From contig CM060732.1 in NCBI GenBank assembly GCA_030704615.1, positions 50,716,001 through 50,780,000 of the forward strand: 64,000 bases of DNA. The letters run 5' to 3'. Made by a program: the position numbers and the translations under genes. Source of the DNA: Takakia lepidozioides. Its lineage: Eukaryota; Plantae; Bryophyta. The notes under the pieces are model-generated. The model saw only the letters and a program-made list of their open reading frames with translations. It did not search any database and was not told where the DNA came from. Shown here in pieces: positions 1 through 14,217 of this stretch. The stretch's first letter is position 1; every line of letters begins with the position of its first letter.

Positions 1-342
1 GCATTGTACTGTCAAAACAGGTTAGTTTGTTAGTTGTGAAATCGTTGGTAAAGCACGTAGGAAATCAAACAGTGTCTGCGACGACCATGGAATGGAACTT
101 TGGCGTCAAGATGACCGTATGAAGCTGCATCGACAGCATATTAGGCTGCCAATTCGGTACCAGAAACGACAAGTTAATCATGTTCAAACAATATTGTTCG
201 AGTCTCAGATTGCGATCTCTCTTTTCTCCCCCCTTTCAAGTCCAGTAGGAACACATGACGAGGAGCTTGGCAATTGGTGGAACCAACATGTACAGCGATG
301 AAATATCGCAACAAAGCAAATGGCTGCATCAGAATGACAGTA

Positions 343-1068
343 TGTCGCGGCCCTTTGCCTTGAGGGCAGGGAGGTCGGGACACAAGAGGGGCTGCCTCTG
401 TGGTGGGGGCAGTAGTAGCGATAGGTACGGGGGCTGAAGCACCCTTGAGTGCCCAAGGCACTCAAGGAGGCGGAGGCGCTCACTAGGTGGAGCCCCGCAC
501 ACCGGGTTGCGGTGGGGGTGGCTCCACAAGGGGTGGTGGTAGCTTAGTGGGACTTAGTGGGGGTGGCATAGGACTCACCATGGGGGTGGAGACCTCGTGA
601 TGGGAGTCGTGGGGAGTCTTGGGACTCATCACGGTCCATAGGGGCCGTGGTGAGCGGGCCAAGACTCACCGCGACTCACCACCGGGAATCGAGGGTCTTC
701 GTGGTGGTTCGCCATAAAATGGCATGGCTGGTTGTGAAACCCCCGCGGACAGCTACAGAAGTATATATAGGGAGTAGTAACCCCGAGAACGGTGCAAGCC
801 CGTTGGTGACCAAAAACTAGTGAGTAAGCGAGCGAGCCGGAAAGCGACCAAAGAGTGGGGAGCTGTTCCGGACTGCCATCTACCAAAGGGAATTCTCCTA
901 GTCCCAATTAGGTGGAGGGTTTTAGAGGGAAGCGAAGGGGGACCGTTATGTCTCGGTGAGCAGCCGAAGCTCCAAGTTGGCCCGGCGGCCAGGTTGGGAG
1001 TCAGGCGCGCGCATCAAAGCGAGTAACTATGACTTGAAGGGGAGTTTACCGAAGTGAGGTGCGCGACA
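343..1068 (+). repeat. 5' LTR of gypsy copy 1
   Basis: Begins TGTCGCG and ends CGCGACA. Matches 39740-40453 and 45955-46680. Contains TATATATA and a perfect hairpin CCTTGAGTGCC-caa-GGCACTCAAGG. Confidence 0.93.
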
Positions 1069-1070
1069 CT

Positions 1071-1082
1071 TGGTATCAGAGC
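1071..1082 (+). promoter_or_regulatory. Primer-binding site (tRNA-iMet)
   Basis: TGGTATCAGAGC, 2 nt after the LTR end; this is the canonical plant iMet PBS. Confidence 0.92.
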
Positions 1083-1123
1083 TTAGAGTTCAGTACGCGA
1101 TCGTCCTTGGGATTGGCCTCATC

Positions 1124-3208
1124 ATGGGGTCGGGCAAGCCGAAGCGAAAGCGGAACGGCCCAAAAGATGATGATCCCGGTGAGCCCGATGGGGGCGGCGT
1201 ATCACCGAGGCGGCCGTTTGAGGAAGCGATGCATGTTTCCGAAAACGAGGCCGCCCAAGAGCGGGAGGAATCCGAGGAGTCGGAGCCCGAGGAATCCTTG
1301 AGAGCTCCGACAAACCAAGAGATGCCTCCCATGCCGACAGCCTTTTGGGAAGGGTTGTTGGCGCAGTTTGGCGGGACGTTGAAAGACGTGTTGAAGGCGG
1401 CTAATGCCACTTCCACTAAGGCAAAGTTTAAGGTGAAGCCTAAGGAACCCGGCACCTTCGAGGGCGTCCGAAATCGGAAGGCACTCAACACCTGGCTCTT
1501 GGAGCTGGAGCAGCACTTCCGGGCGGCCAAGTTGAGTGACGAGGATCGCGTGGAAGTGGCTCCCACCTATTTGAGGGGCTATGCTCAACAATGGTGGCAG
1601 AAACGCCTTCACGACCGAGGTCCAAGTCCGGAAACCTTGAACTGGAGTGGGTTCAAGGAATTGTTGAAGAGACAATTTGTGCCCCTCAACGCGTCCTGGC
1701 TTGCCCGGGACAAGATGAGGAATTTGAAGCAAACAGATGACATTCGGGGGTATGTCCAGGCTTTCAATGTGCTGTTGCTCGAAGTCGCGGACATGGCAGA
1801 ACCAAAAATGGTCTTCACCTTTGTGGCGGGACTGGCCCCATGGGCCAGGCGGAAGTTGGAGGAGAAGCCACCCAAGACTTTGAACGAGGCAATTGAGAGG
1901 GTTGAATGTTTCTCGGATGTCCCTAAGGGTGAAAGACAAGGCCGTACGGAGCTGAACCACAAGAAGATTCGGCGGGAAGGTGACTCCTTCCGACCGGAAA
2001 AGAAGTGGGATAGGCCACGCGGCGAAAATGGCACGTGGAAATCGAAGGGAGGGCCTTCACACGTCAAGGCGGCACCCGGTGCTCCGAAAGAAAAAGCGGG
2101 TGGAGCGGCTTATGGCGGACAGAAGGCGACCTTTGATGGAGTGTGTTTCAATTGCGGGGAGCCCGGGCACATGACCAAGAAGTGCACGAAGCCCCGGCAA
2201 TTGAACATGACTCGGGCGACCACGGAGCTGTCGGAAGATACCATCAGTCGCTTGGTGGAAGCGGTGGTCGCCAGGACTTGCAAGGTAGGCAAATTTTCTT
2301 GTGAGTTGTATCAGGAAACTGGCGCCTTACGAAAAGGGAGTCAGTTATTGTTCGTGGATGGGATAATATCCGGAACTAATGTGTCGTTGTTGGTGGACAC
2401 AGGAGCGTCGCACTCCTTCATGACACCGGCAACGGCACAAAAGCTGGGACTCCCGACAAGTGACGTGGGGGCCTCTATTGAGGTGCGTTCTGCCAAAGGA
2501 GAACCACAGTTGGTGACAAGGTTGGCGATTGATGTTCCTCTTCAACTGGGGAGTTGGGAGGGACGTGAGAACTTCACCATCTGCGAGATCGATGGAGTAG
2601 ATCTCATTTTAGGGATGACCTTTTTGAGCAAATCCGGAGCGGTCATAGATGGCCGCAAGAGAGTAGTCACACTGCCATGTAGGAATGGTGGCGAGGTCTT
2701 ACGAGTGTCGGAAACGCCGAAATCCGTGGGAGGGCGAATAAACCTTCTGTCAGCAAGGGAGTGGGCCGTGGAGGAGGCACACGAACCCCAGTTCTTGCTT
2801 TACATTAGAGAAGTGAAAGGAGAAGGCGATGGGGAGCCGAGCCCAGATTGGATCAAGGGGATTTTGGAGAAATACCAGGATGTGATGCCGGAGGATTTAC
2901 CAAGCGGCTTGCCACCGCGAAGAGGAGTTGACCACAAGATTGAGGTGATACCGGGATCGGAACCGCCTGCCAAGGCGCCATACCGGTTGAGCCACAGAGA
3001 GTTGGTCGAGCTGAAGACTCAGCTCAAGGATCTAATGTCAAAGGGGTACATCCGGCCGAGTAAGTCACCTTACGGAGCCCCGGTGCTATTTACAGACAAG
3101 AAGGATGGGACGCTGCGGATGTGTGTCGATTACAGGGCTCTGAATAAGGTGACTATCAAAAACTGGTACCCTTTGCCAAGGATCGACGACCTCTTCATTT
3201 GCCTCTAA
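1124..3208 (+). pseudogene. gag-pol polyprotein, truncated at the start of RT
   Basis: Retrotransposon gag, zinc knuckle [14 protein letters not shown], aspartic protease [12 protein letters not shown] start [20 protein letters not shown]. No YxDD, RNase H or integrase. Confidence 0.92.
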
Positions 3209-6200
3209 GACTTTTCATCCATATTGAATATTATATTATAGATCCTCCAAAGAAACAATAGTTTAATAAATATTTTTCATTAATTTATTAGGCAAACAGT
3301 ATAAAAGAAGGGCATGGCTTCTCTTGTGCTTTATCTAGTTTTTCATCTTGCTTAGTTTCCTCTTGTTGTTGTAGTGTTGTTAATTTGAGGCTTGAGGAGG
3401 CTAGATCATAGGGAGTAGACCTTGAAGCTCCCTAGTTAGGTAGAATTCTTGTGAGCTAAGGCAAGTGGCCTAGCTTGTGGGCCTTTGAGCCATTTCATTT
3501 GTGAAGGAAGACGACAATTTCATGTGGAGGAAAGTCACTTGAGGACGAGTAGGAGGGGCTGCTGTGGATTTATGGACGAGAGCCCAAGTAAAGGCCGCAT
3601 AGAGTACCATTACTTGAGTCAATAGAGCATCCCAAACACTCTCGCATAAGGTTGATCCCATCTGACCATTTCACCGTTTGTGTATGTGATTCATTTATTT
3701 TCCAAGCAAAGCTTGAAGTTGAAAATCTGATTTAGACTCTTCAAAAGTGTGCATTGTGGAATCCCACTATTTCATGTCTAGAATCGACAAGGGGAAGAAC
3801 CCCATAGCCTATTGGAAAGGGTACCAATAAAAGCTTGTATTTGAATTGTTTGAAGAATGAATCTTTGTGTTTGGTTACTAATTTGAAAAATAGCCAGCTC
3901 TGGAAAATGAAGGTCAGCAGGCTGGATCTATGATATAAGGCCCACTATAAGGCTACTATGTGCTAATTCCCTCCCCCCACTAGCAAGCCATAGAGGCCTA
4001 GGGGAGGATAGGTTGTATTTTTTTGTCTTGGGGTTTGGGCGGGCTAAATCTACTTGACAGTAGCTGCCCCCAACGTCGCGAGCAGCCTAGGAGGAGTCGG
4101 GTGTTGCGCCTAGAGAGTAAGCACTTGATTACTTAAAGCGTGGAGGCAGCCATGGCCCAGCCATGACGTACGGGGAGCGGGGCCCCAGCGCTGACCTTAA
4201 GTCGTACTGAGATCAAGTACATCAGCCGCGTGACTCAGGCGTGAGGCCCTGAAACGTGCGAACAGGGTGTGGGTCTTTACCCGCAGGATAACCAAAAGCT
4301 GAGATGGACCGGCGGACGCCGACGTTAACCGCAGCGGTCCACGGCTTAGACCGCTATGCGCGGATCTGCGCCCCGCCATGTGGCGGGGGCGTTTTACCCA
4401 GCGGGCAATGCGTCTGCAAATTCCCTTAAAGGGGGGATTCTTACCTTTAGCTACTAGATTCAATTTATACCCCTCTAAGGGTTAGGCGCCATTATCCAAG
4501 GCGCCAGTGGTAGATAAAATCTAGGATTTTGGGAGGACGTAGCCTTGGAGGGGAGCGTACTTATGACTCCAAGAGATAGCCGAGCGGGTCTATGAGCAGT
4601 CCTCGAGAGACAAGGGAGGAGAGAAAGTACTATATCCTGAAAACTCGGCTACAATGAGCATTTGTGTCAGAGCCCACGGTAGAGGATGACTTTTTCCACG
4701 GAAGGAAAGCGCACCAGAGCCTTAAAATAATGTAAAGGGGTGCAATCTGGCTTCCACCAGTGGTTATTTTATTATTTATGCATGCATCTTCTAGACTGAC
4801 AAATGTAGTGGCAGGGATGAATTCTCAGCGAGATTCATTGATCCGATAAGGCCGCGGCAATTCCCCGCGGTAGTTCTCCGTGGCAGGGAACAGTTCCTAG
4901 GCGTTTCCTCGGTTCTCATTGGGTTCCCACGGGTTCCCAAGGGCATTTTTTGGCGCCAAGGGCATCTTTGGATTCCCCACATGAATTCCCATATGGGAGG
5001 TTTTCCCTGATTTTCTTAATTTATTTTATTTTCTAGCATTTCTGATGTGCGAAATTGCTTAAATATGATAGATGCATGTGGTGCAAGTTATAGCCTGAAG
5101 GGTGTTTATTAACTAATTGAACTTATTGATTTGAGGGGCTTAGAACCACCTTATTGAACTTGGTGAACCTATTGGATTGTGATAGGTATTTGGCCACTCC
5201 CTTGATAAAACAAAGTATTTTCGGCACTGGGGTAGGAAGCGTTGGCCTTCCATCAGAGATGACTTGGACTCAAGCACTCGGTGCAGGAGGGGGCAGTGGG
5301 AGAGGAAGATTTTCCCTCTTCTTCCTAGGCTTAACAGGTGCCTTGTGAAGGGATAAAAACATATCCCGACTATATGCGGCTCGGGGCCTAGGCGGTAGGA
5401 ATTAGACAATAAAACAAAAGACTTGGAAGGCAGTTACTGAGTAGATTGTAGAATGCCGTAGGACTTAAAAACACAAACTCGCCCTATGAAAATGAGTACG
5501 TGACTTCTCTTTGCCGGTAGGACTTAGATAGTGATCATAGCCATCATGTACGACCATAGACCCCCTGTTTATTGGTACGGAACCTACAGGCAAATTTGTA
5601 GGTTTTGAGTATATTCTCATATATGAATCTAAAGAATTCTGACCACTCTCACACTCACCAAAGTTCAGTCCTCTTCACCTAGAGGGAGAAGTGGAATATT
5701 CTTCACGGAGCCCGGTTTCGATGGCTGGGCCCTTGGAGCAAACTGCTCATGTGAAATATTAGGTCCAAACGTCTCTTATGTTATATCATTAGCTTTTTAC
5801 TCATTTCTATTGTAGGACTTCATTGCTCTAATTATAGATACGACTCTAAAGGGTTGTAGTATACACTAACTGCAGTCGGGTAGGCAGTTCAGTGAGCCCA
5901 ACCTACACCGCAACTTATCACGACCCCCCTAGCTAGTATGCCATCACCCTGACCGCGCGCGCTCAGGGCTCGTCAGCTGGGTGGGTGGCAGTTTACACAT
6001 AAAGATATTTGTTTTTACATATTCTTGGGTTGGAGTTTGAATTGGAATTAGGTTCGGCATCATGTAGTTCTATAGCGGACCATACATCTTAAGTAATTCT
6101 GATAATCACAAAGGGTACATTACATTATGTATGTATGGCTGGTCAGCAAACCAAGCCCTGGCCTATTTGCGACCTTTAAACCCATCATAGAGCCAAGACA

Positions 6201-7338
6201 AGTTGGTGACAAGGATATTAGGTCACCATGTTAATTACGGAGAATATTGGTCATTCGAGGATTGGAGTTTGTCATGGGAATCCAAATGCCAACTCATATG
6301 TCAGTTATTTTCGCTCTTGTACTAGGTTCTATGACTCTAATCGTATTCCATGGATGCCATGATGATTTTTTTGAAGAATATTTCGGTAAATTTTCTCAGA
6401 TTAGTGGAAAATATATTATACTAGAGTATTGTTTTTATGAACTAAGGTGCCCCACATGTGCCCCTAGCTTGCACTTGTAGGGTAAGGTTCCCTTGAGATA
6501 ACCTTCTTTGATTTGATCAATCACAAGATTAGTGAGGACATAGGTCTCTAGGGGAAAACCAAAGATAGGCTCGACGAAGGGAACCACGTATATGCCAATG
6601 CAATACCCTATCAGCTCGTCGCCACGTCGCCCTCAAGCCTTGGCGCCACAACTCCTCATCACCGTGGTTGTCTTAACACTATTAATAAAGGTTATTTTGC
6701 TTGGGGATTGTCCCTAAAACATTAAGGCAAAAACTGTACAAAAGGGGTGGAGTTCTTATTCAAGGACTTTCTTGGATTTGAAAATCATGCGCCCTCGCCT
6801 TTTATAGGCCCTTTGTCATGACCTCTATATCCAGGAAAGTTCAAGGGTAAGAACTTTATCTAGCAAAATTCAAAAACTTATTATTTAACCCTATTTTGCC
6901 GGCCCTAGCTTAGGATTGTAGTCCAGAACCGCTCGGGGCTAAAACAACCTAATCCAAAGACAAATTATTGTGATTGGGATGTCACTATATTTACACTTGA
7001 AAATTTTGTGCAGTGCTTTACATTCCACGTCGAAGTAAACTTGACATGAGAAAATTAACAGCCGGCATCTGCAACAACTATTCTCTAGGCTATGACCAAA
7101 CAAAATTTGGGTGGCCAAAAATAAAAACTCAATGGCAACACTTAACTTAGCAATATTCTGGTCTAGATCTCATCGTTTTGGTCCTCTCACATATTAGGAA
7201 TAAATAAGATTGATTGTCACAACTCACTCACATGTCTAGGCATGCCTTACTCATTTTGATTTACTCTCAGTGTTACAATTGTTCTAAAATCCCAAGTGAA
7301 GTTATTTAGTTCTATCTCAAAGGCGGGAATCAGGTGCC

Positions 7339-8322
7339 ATGGCTACAGTTTCGTCACTCTTGAGAAGTTTGGCACTGGGACTTGTAATGGCATGCGCTGT
7401 AGGCAACTGCATAATGTCGAAAGTGGAGTGCTTCCCGCCTGAAAAATTCAATACTATTGGACCATACTATTGGACAGACGTTCTTTTCTATCCCAATCAA
7501 ACTGATTTTGTAATAGCAAGGATCAATGGAACGGCAACCCAAGATAACTTTGGAGCATTTCAAATCTTTAATGATCCTCTCAGATTGGGTCCCAATGCAA
7601 ATGACACACTTATCGGCCGCACTCAAGGCCACTTGGCACTTGTGAGTGCTTAACTTCCATATATCAATATTACAATGGTCATGTCTATAATGCACAATGA
7701 TATGCTTAATTCACATCCCACGGCTATTCATGTGTAGATTTTGCAAAAGTTTACAAATTCAGTGTATTCAATGTACTATTGAAGCTCATAGTTTGTTTTT
7801 TGTTTTTTCTTTGCTTTTGTAAAATTACAAGCTTACATTTAATTTGCAATGCATATATATCTATCTACTTTTCTTGAACCCGTTGGTGGATCACAAATTA
7901 ACAAATTCATTCAATAGATTTGGAAGAGTTTTTTTGTTTTGTTTTGTTTTGTGGGCAAGAGCTATGTTTCGAGTTAAATATGTAAGATCCAAACTTTTGC
8001 ATCTTTCATAGATTCATACATATTGTTTACAAGTGAATATGTAAGACTCATCAATGGGTTTCTGGCTTTAAATCTACAGACCAGCTTCGACGCACTTGAT
8101 GGACCAATACAATTCACATTTGTATTAAACAATGGTACCATCACCTTTGGAGGATACTTGGCGTACCCTTACGACAACCGCTATGGAATCATTACGGGAA
8201 GTGGTGCCTATAAGAACATTACAGGGGGCTACACTGATACGACTTTTAGCTCGTTCGGCCTTGGCTTTGATCAGCTAGTACTCAAGGGCACTGTTTATTA
8301 CACCACGTCCGATGACTACTAA
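7339..8322 (+). CDS. Dirigent-like secreted protein, 2 exons (7339-7641, 8080-8322), about 181 aa
   Basis: Hydrophobic signal peptide; motifs FGAFQIFNDPL, IGRTQG and GIITGSGAY resemble dirigent motifs; GTGAGT...CTACAG phase-0 intron joins the two ORFs in frame. Confidence 0.78.
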
Positions 8323-9893
8323 ACTCTTGATCAGCTTTGGATAAGAGATGCACTATGCACACATTTGTTGCAATATATATGAGTCTTTCAAATTTTGCGA
8401 TGAAATCTGAGAGAGAATTTAGTGTTTTAGTGGGGATTTTCTTGCTGTCGGATTTTGCAAAGTATGGAACTTGAGATTTTACCGGCTTTTTGAGTGACTG
8501 GATGATTTTTCCTTCTCCTACCTTCCACATAGAAATGTGGTATATGGTATCCTAGCTAAAAACTGTAGCAGTTTCAGGCCAAACAACCTTTTTATTTATA
8601 GGGTCCTTCGTATGTGTTGTGGGGGTTCAAAATGATCTCCATAGCTTAGCAATTCAAGGTGAGCCAATTGCAAAAATTAACTCTATTGTAATGATCAGAT
8701 GTTTCACTCAATCCCCGTGGTGAGGGTGTGGAATACACTAGAGTCTGGTAAAAACAAACTGTAAATCCAAGGGTAGAATTTTGAAAAGAGGCCGGCCCAA
8801 CTGTGGGCCAATAATTGCCTCTTATGCCAATTGCCCAGTCTGGCCTCCACTCTGCACGAATATTCTTTGCAGGCAGGCGGCTATGGAAATCAATATGTGT
8901 GTACATCTTTGACTCTCTTAACTAATAAGGAAAGAAAAATCATGGGTTAAGAATGGAGCTATCGGTTAATCCAATACCGATGACTCTTATGTTACCAATA
9001 CAGTCGTTGATCTCCCTAGGGCTTGGAAATTTCCAGGCTAACGCCATGGGCTTCTTCAATGCCCGAGCGGGAGGAGCTGGAGTGAATCGGCGACACTGAA
9101 AGTCCCAGATGATCAAAACCACCAAAATGTCTACCCTTTCTTGTTTTAAATTTTTTGTCTCACTACAACAAATGGGGGAGGTTTGCGACGCCAACCACGC
9201 CCCCACGCCCCGCGCGGCGCTGAGCCTGCGACGCCAACCCCGTGGCGCCTTTTTGTGATGCCCGGGCGTCGCACTCCCCCGCTGCGACGCCCTTACGACG
9301 CCCAGCCGTCGCAATGTGGCATGAAGGGAAAATGGGGCCCCACTGCGATGGATTTTTTTTTCTTGCGACACCCCGACGTCGCCATATATACGCTAGAAGA
9401 AAAACGTGGAATAACCACTGGCCCTTTAACCACTACTGTCTTTTCCCACTCTATAAACCACTAGTAACCACTTGCCAGTGGTTAATCCCAATGAAATGCC
9501 ACGGTGGCATCACAGACAGTGGTTGGAAGTGGTTTCAACCACTCAGTAGTCCACGTGTAATAAATTGTTTATTATTATTATTATTATTTATTTGGTAATA
9601 CATTTTAATTAATTAATATAATATTCCACGTGGACGAGTGCAGTGGTACATTGTGAGTGGTTATAGACACCTCAATGATGTGACAGACTTTGAAAAACAG
9701 ACAAGTGGCCAGACCATTGTGGCATGATGCTATTGAACAAATGGTTCCAACAATAAACTTTATTCTGAATCTGAAACATATTCGTCACCCTCTGAATCAC
9801 TTTGCTCAACTAGAATAGCGGGTGGTTGCACAAACGCCGCTTGAATGGTAGCCAACATAGCCAAGTCTTATTTATTTAGAGCCGTGGCACCAT

Positions 9894-12509
9894 CTAATGA
9901 CCTAGGTATTGGCTGATCTGATAAGGTGGACGGTGCCTGAAGGCCATCGAAATTTCTCCAATGTCACATTGATCTATGTCCGACACAATCCTTTTTGCTC
10001 TTGGATCCTTCCGAAGGACTACCTTCCACTCCGAACTTGGGGACTCATCCGAAAAGAACACATGTTCAACTTGAGATGGAAAGATGATCGGCTGATCATT
10101 GGCGGGTAACATCCTCCCAAAATTTGCAAGTAGAAAACCATACGAATCTCGCTTCATTGTAGCATTTTGTCCAACGAGGTTGGCCCTCACCCAAGCACAA
10201 CGAAATACAATGGGGTGCACTCGTCCATAATTGTCGACACCTTCCAAGACCTCGTTCTCAACCCCTTCCTCCGCATTTGCATCCCAAATCCGCCGTTGAG
10301 TTGCATCAAATGATTGCATATACTCACTCATGAACCCCATGGCCTCATCAAGAACATACCCTGCAGCCATACTCCCTTCTGGCTTTGCGTAATTCCTAAC
10401 GTATCCCTTGAGATCTTTCATGTAACGCTCCATGGGATACATCCATTCTACAACCACCGGACCACATGTGTCTAGTTCATCTACGAGATGAACTAGCAAA
10501 TGGGTCATGACATCAAAGAAAGAAGGGGGGAACTCTTTCACTAACAGACACAAGGTTATAGCAACATCCTCACGCAATGAATCTATTTCGTTAGGGTCCC
10601 ATACTTTGGCACAAATCCGGCGGAAAATGCGACTCACACGCATAATGACCCCACGTGGACCTGGAGCCATGCAGTGGCGAATACACACAGGTAAAATCTG
10701 TTGCATTAAAACGTGATAATCATGGGACTTCATACACGTCAAATGTTTCCTAGACGGGTGTATGTGTTTCTAAAATGCACCTGCAAATCCCGAAGGAGTT
10801 TTGATAGCCCTCAAAGTATCAAGAAATATCGTGATTTCAGCGGGAGTGAGAACATACGGTGCTGCTGGTTTCATGATACGTGAAGGGTTCTGTGGATCAG
10901 GCCGAAGCCACAAGTGACGTTTGATGCCGATTACCTCCATGTCCTTCCTCACCTTCACCGTATCCTTCCGTCCAAAAATCGTCTTCAACAAATTTTCACA
11001 AAAAATCTTTTCGTAATGCATGGAATCCAGTAAGTAGCATTGCAACAGATCCTGCAATTGGTGACACCATTTCAGGAATATTCCGTCAGATTGCAGTCCT
11101 ATACAAATCAGATTCCTTTATGAGCACTATATACTTCCATGTCTAAAGTGGCTGTGATGCATGACAGTCCCTCCTCAGTGGTTCAAACAACTCATTTAGT
11201 GCATTATTCGCCCCTCAAGTGATGTCAACAACTTCCTGAGCATCATGGATACTACCTTTTACCACTCCACGAGTTATTAATGTGAAGTCCAAATTACATG
11301 CAGTACTGTTACTTTACCACTCGGAAAATAAGAAGTAACCACTATAGAGGCACTACCTTTTCCATTTACAAAGAACATTGAACTCAAACAAGTACAAGTG
11401 CAGGGGGTACCTTCCAGTATGGTAAATCCCATAGGCAGCTACGCCTTTTGATACCATGAACCTTGGCTGGATGAACTTCAGCATCAGGAAAAACACGGGG
11501 GTCAAGGTCATATCCTTCAGCCTCAACACCAACGGCCTCTTGTTCAACCGGTGTGAACCGATGTGGCTTCGTACGCATCTCCACCTGTCCATTGAAGTGT
11601 ATGCGGTTCCTCCGGTATGGATGGGCCTGAGGGAGGAACCTGCGGTGACTTGGTAGACAGTTTTGCCCAGAACTTTTGAGTGTCTTGCATCTACATGAGG
11701 ACCGCATACTGGACACCCTTTGTAGCCTTTTGTGACACATCCTGTAAGTAGGCCATAAGCAGGAGTATGAAGGTTCTCTCACCAACAGGTTTGCATATGT
11801 CATATGCCCGAACCCCCCTCCACAAAACAAGTAACTTTTCCATCAGTGGTGCTAAGTACACATCTCTGTGCTCACTTGTAACTGACTGCTTTCCCGGAAT
11901 CAAGAGAGTAAGCATGACAAAGAACTTCTTTGTAGTGAGCCAGGGAGGTAGGTTGTATACCAGCGTCAACACTGGCCATGTTGACCAGCAATTGTTCTTA
12001 TCACCAAATGGGTTGACTCCATCGAAGGAAAAACCAAGTCTTACATTGCGAGGCTCTGCTGCAAAGTCGGGCCAAGTAGCATCAATGTGTTTCCAAGCCT
12101 TTGAATTAGCTGCATGGCGCACAAAGCCATCGATGCTTGCATTCCGACTGTGCCAGGTCATTAATTCTGCAATAGAAGAGCATACCTCCACATTTATGTC
12201 CAATTCTCCCTGTGTCCGATGATTTGCTAAAGCTACGTCGTCACCAACCACCACGGCCATGTCTTCCCATTCATCGTCAGAAGCATGCCTCCTTGCTCCT
12301 CTCTAGGATCTGAACGCAGGGGATCTATGATTGGCCATTAGATGTTTTCTCACTCTCTCTATAGAGACCGGTCGTCCACCCTTACAGTGATTGCAAGGGC
12401 ATCTTAACTTGTTAAGACCATACTCTCGACACCGCGCACCCTCACGCAGAAAAATAGCATCGTCGCACTGTTGTAATCTCAGCACGGCGGCTGCTTTGTC
12501 AGGCTTCAT
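9894..12509 (-). pseudogene. CACTA transposase (TnpD / Transposase_21 with DUF4218- and DUF4216-like regions), fragmented
   Basis: LRCPCNHC...VRKHL zinc motif; WKHID...EPRNVRLG.SFDGVNPF; STWPV..YNLPPW; HRRFLP..HPYR; LDSMHYEK; MKSHDYHVLMQQILP; WMYPMERYM. Spread over several frames with deletions. Confidence 0.9.
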
Positions 12510-13508
12510 GATGCTAAGGAATTCCTTTCCTGGTATGAGGGGAGAATCAAAATTAATATACCAAGTCCCTAAAAAACACGAATTTCAACAATCTACTGTA
12601 CGTCTCTACTCATAGAGTTGTAAGGTACCACTTTCTGAGTGGTTGTTTCACACCTCATATTTCTATTTTAGAACTACAAAAAGAGTGAGTATGACTTTGA
12701 CAATGCAGAAAATGGAAAAAATTGCCTCTTGTCATCTACAAACCACCTTCTTAGTAATATTCAGAGTGGATTGAATCACTACGTGGTGACCTAGCAGACC
12801 CTACTTCTAGGTACAAGCTATAGTGCTTTAAGATAAGATGTCTTGAAGGTTGTGAGCAGTAGCCCAGCCCATCATATGCATTTGTAGTTAGCACGAAGCC
12901 GTTAGCCCGTTTGTTGTCATGTGCTTATATCTACAGCCTCCTCCATCGCTCAATCTGAATGTGCACTTGTAGGGTTTAGTTAGGCTCAGTCTCTTTTCAA
13001 TTTTGCTGAAGGAGAGTACAGGTTCTATGGCAACGAGTGAACGCAGCCCAAAACATTTGAATGACGATGGCACTGGAGGCGATTTGGCAAGAGCACCTGG
13101 TTCAGGAGAGAGCAAAAGTGGAGGAGAAGAGGAGTCACTTACCCCAGGAGAATGCGATGGGATGGTGGAATATGAATGGTATCGTGCTATCAGGGTAGCT
13201 GAAAACAAAGCTTGGTTGTTGGATTGGAGCTCCAAGGGCACTGCACTGTAAGTCGAAGCTGTCTCCTTGCTCGAATACTGTTCATGCGATGATTTCTTCC
13301 CTCCTTCATTGCATTGTTCCCTCCTTCCCTGCACTTGCAATGCGATCGCAGCACCTGAGCCGAGAGATGGCCTCCCCTGCGTTGCTTCCACGCCAGACTT
13401 ACGTCTGTTTCATGAAAGGTAGTTGAGGTCCCAAGAGCCCCTAGAAGACTGCCATGTCAGCAGGATGTAGTGGTTATGGACACTAGTGTAGTGGTTAATA
13501 TGTACCCT

Positions 13509-13539
<31 letters not shown>

Positions 13540-13840
13540 CGGCGTGTCCACATCTCATCTCCGCCATTGGATGGACGTGGACCGTCGGATGCAACCCGAC
13601 ACTTGGACAACCTCATGTCTCTCACGCGAGCGTACTAAGTGTGTGTGCTTTGCTTTTTGAGCTTCCTGGGCTTGTGAGGGCGTGGGGAATGCTTGCGCGT
13701 GAGCCTGGCCTGTGAGCCTGTGAGCCTGTGAGCCTGGCTAGGCTCACGCCACATCAGCAAGCATCCACGTGTTCAGGCCCTAATTCCGTGCTCCCCCCCC
13801 CTATTACCGCGGTTCCGTGCTCTCACCCCTATTACCGTGC

Positions 13841-13873
<33 letters not shown>

Positions 13874-13992
13874 TTTTACCTATGTCCGTGCTTCCCCCCC
13901 CCCCCCCCTATGTCCTAATTTTCTATCCCTCTTTACTGCCCCCACATGAATATTCCTTGTGGCCGAGAACAATGGCAGGTTTGCGGATGAAT

Positions 13993-14217
13993 TTTGTGGG
14001 AGATCCTGACTTTGGAATGAGGAGATCGCCCACTACAGAACTGAATCTGAAAAGGAAAAATGTTTTTTTGGCAAAGCAGTACATTCACTCCAACACACAA
14101 ACATTTGTGGGAGATCCTGACTTTGGAATGAGGAGATCGCCCACTACAGAACTGAATCTGAAAAGAAAAAATGTTTTTTTGGCAAAGCAGTACATTCACT
14201 CCAACACACAAACATTT
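13993..14217. repeat. 111-bp tandem duplication (2 copies, nearly identical)
   Basis: TTTGTGGGAGATCCTGAC...CAACACACAAACA repeated back to back. Confidence 0.9.

Larger units (their letters stand above)
343..3196 (+). mobile_element. 3'-truncated Ty3/gypsy chromovirus LTR retrotransposon (copy 1)
   Basis: 5' LTR, PBS and gag-protease-start of RT, near-identical to the copy at 39740-46680. Homology stops abruptly at about 3196 ([10 protein letters not shown]) and AT-rich unrelated sequence follows. Confidence 0.93.

Noticed and set aside
174-1026. Short ORFs in the LTR (and counterparts at 39.5-40.2 kb and 45.8-46.4 kb)
   Set aside because: These are chance open frames in GC-rich LTR sequence; frames differ between copies and show no motifs.
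3200-7000. Possible additional LTR-retrotransposon remnants
   Set aside because: The region looks repeat-derived, but I could not pair LTRs or find a convincing PBS or coding motif, so it is left unannotated.
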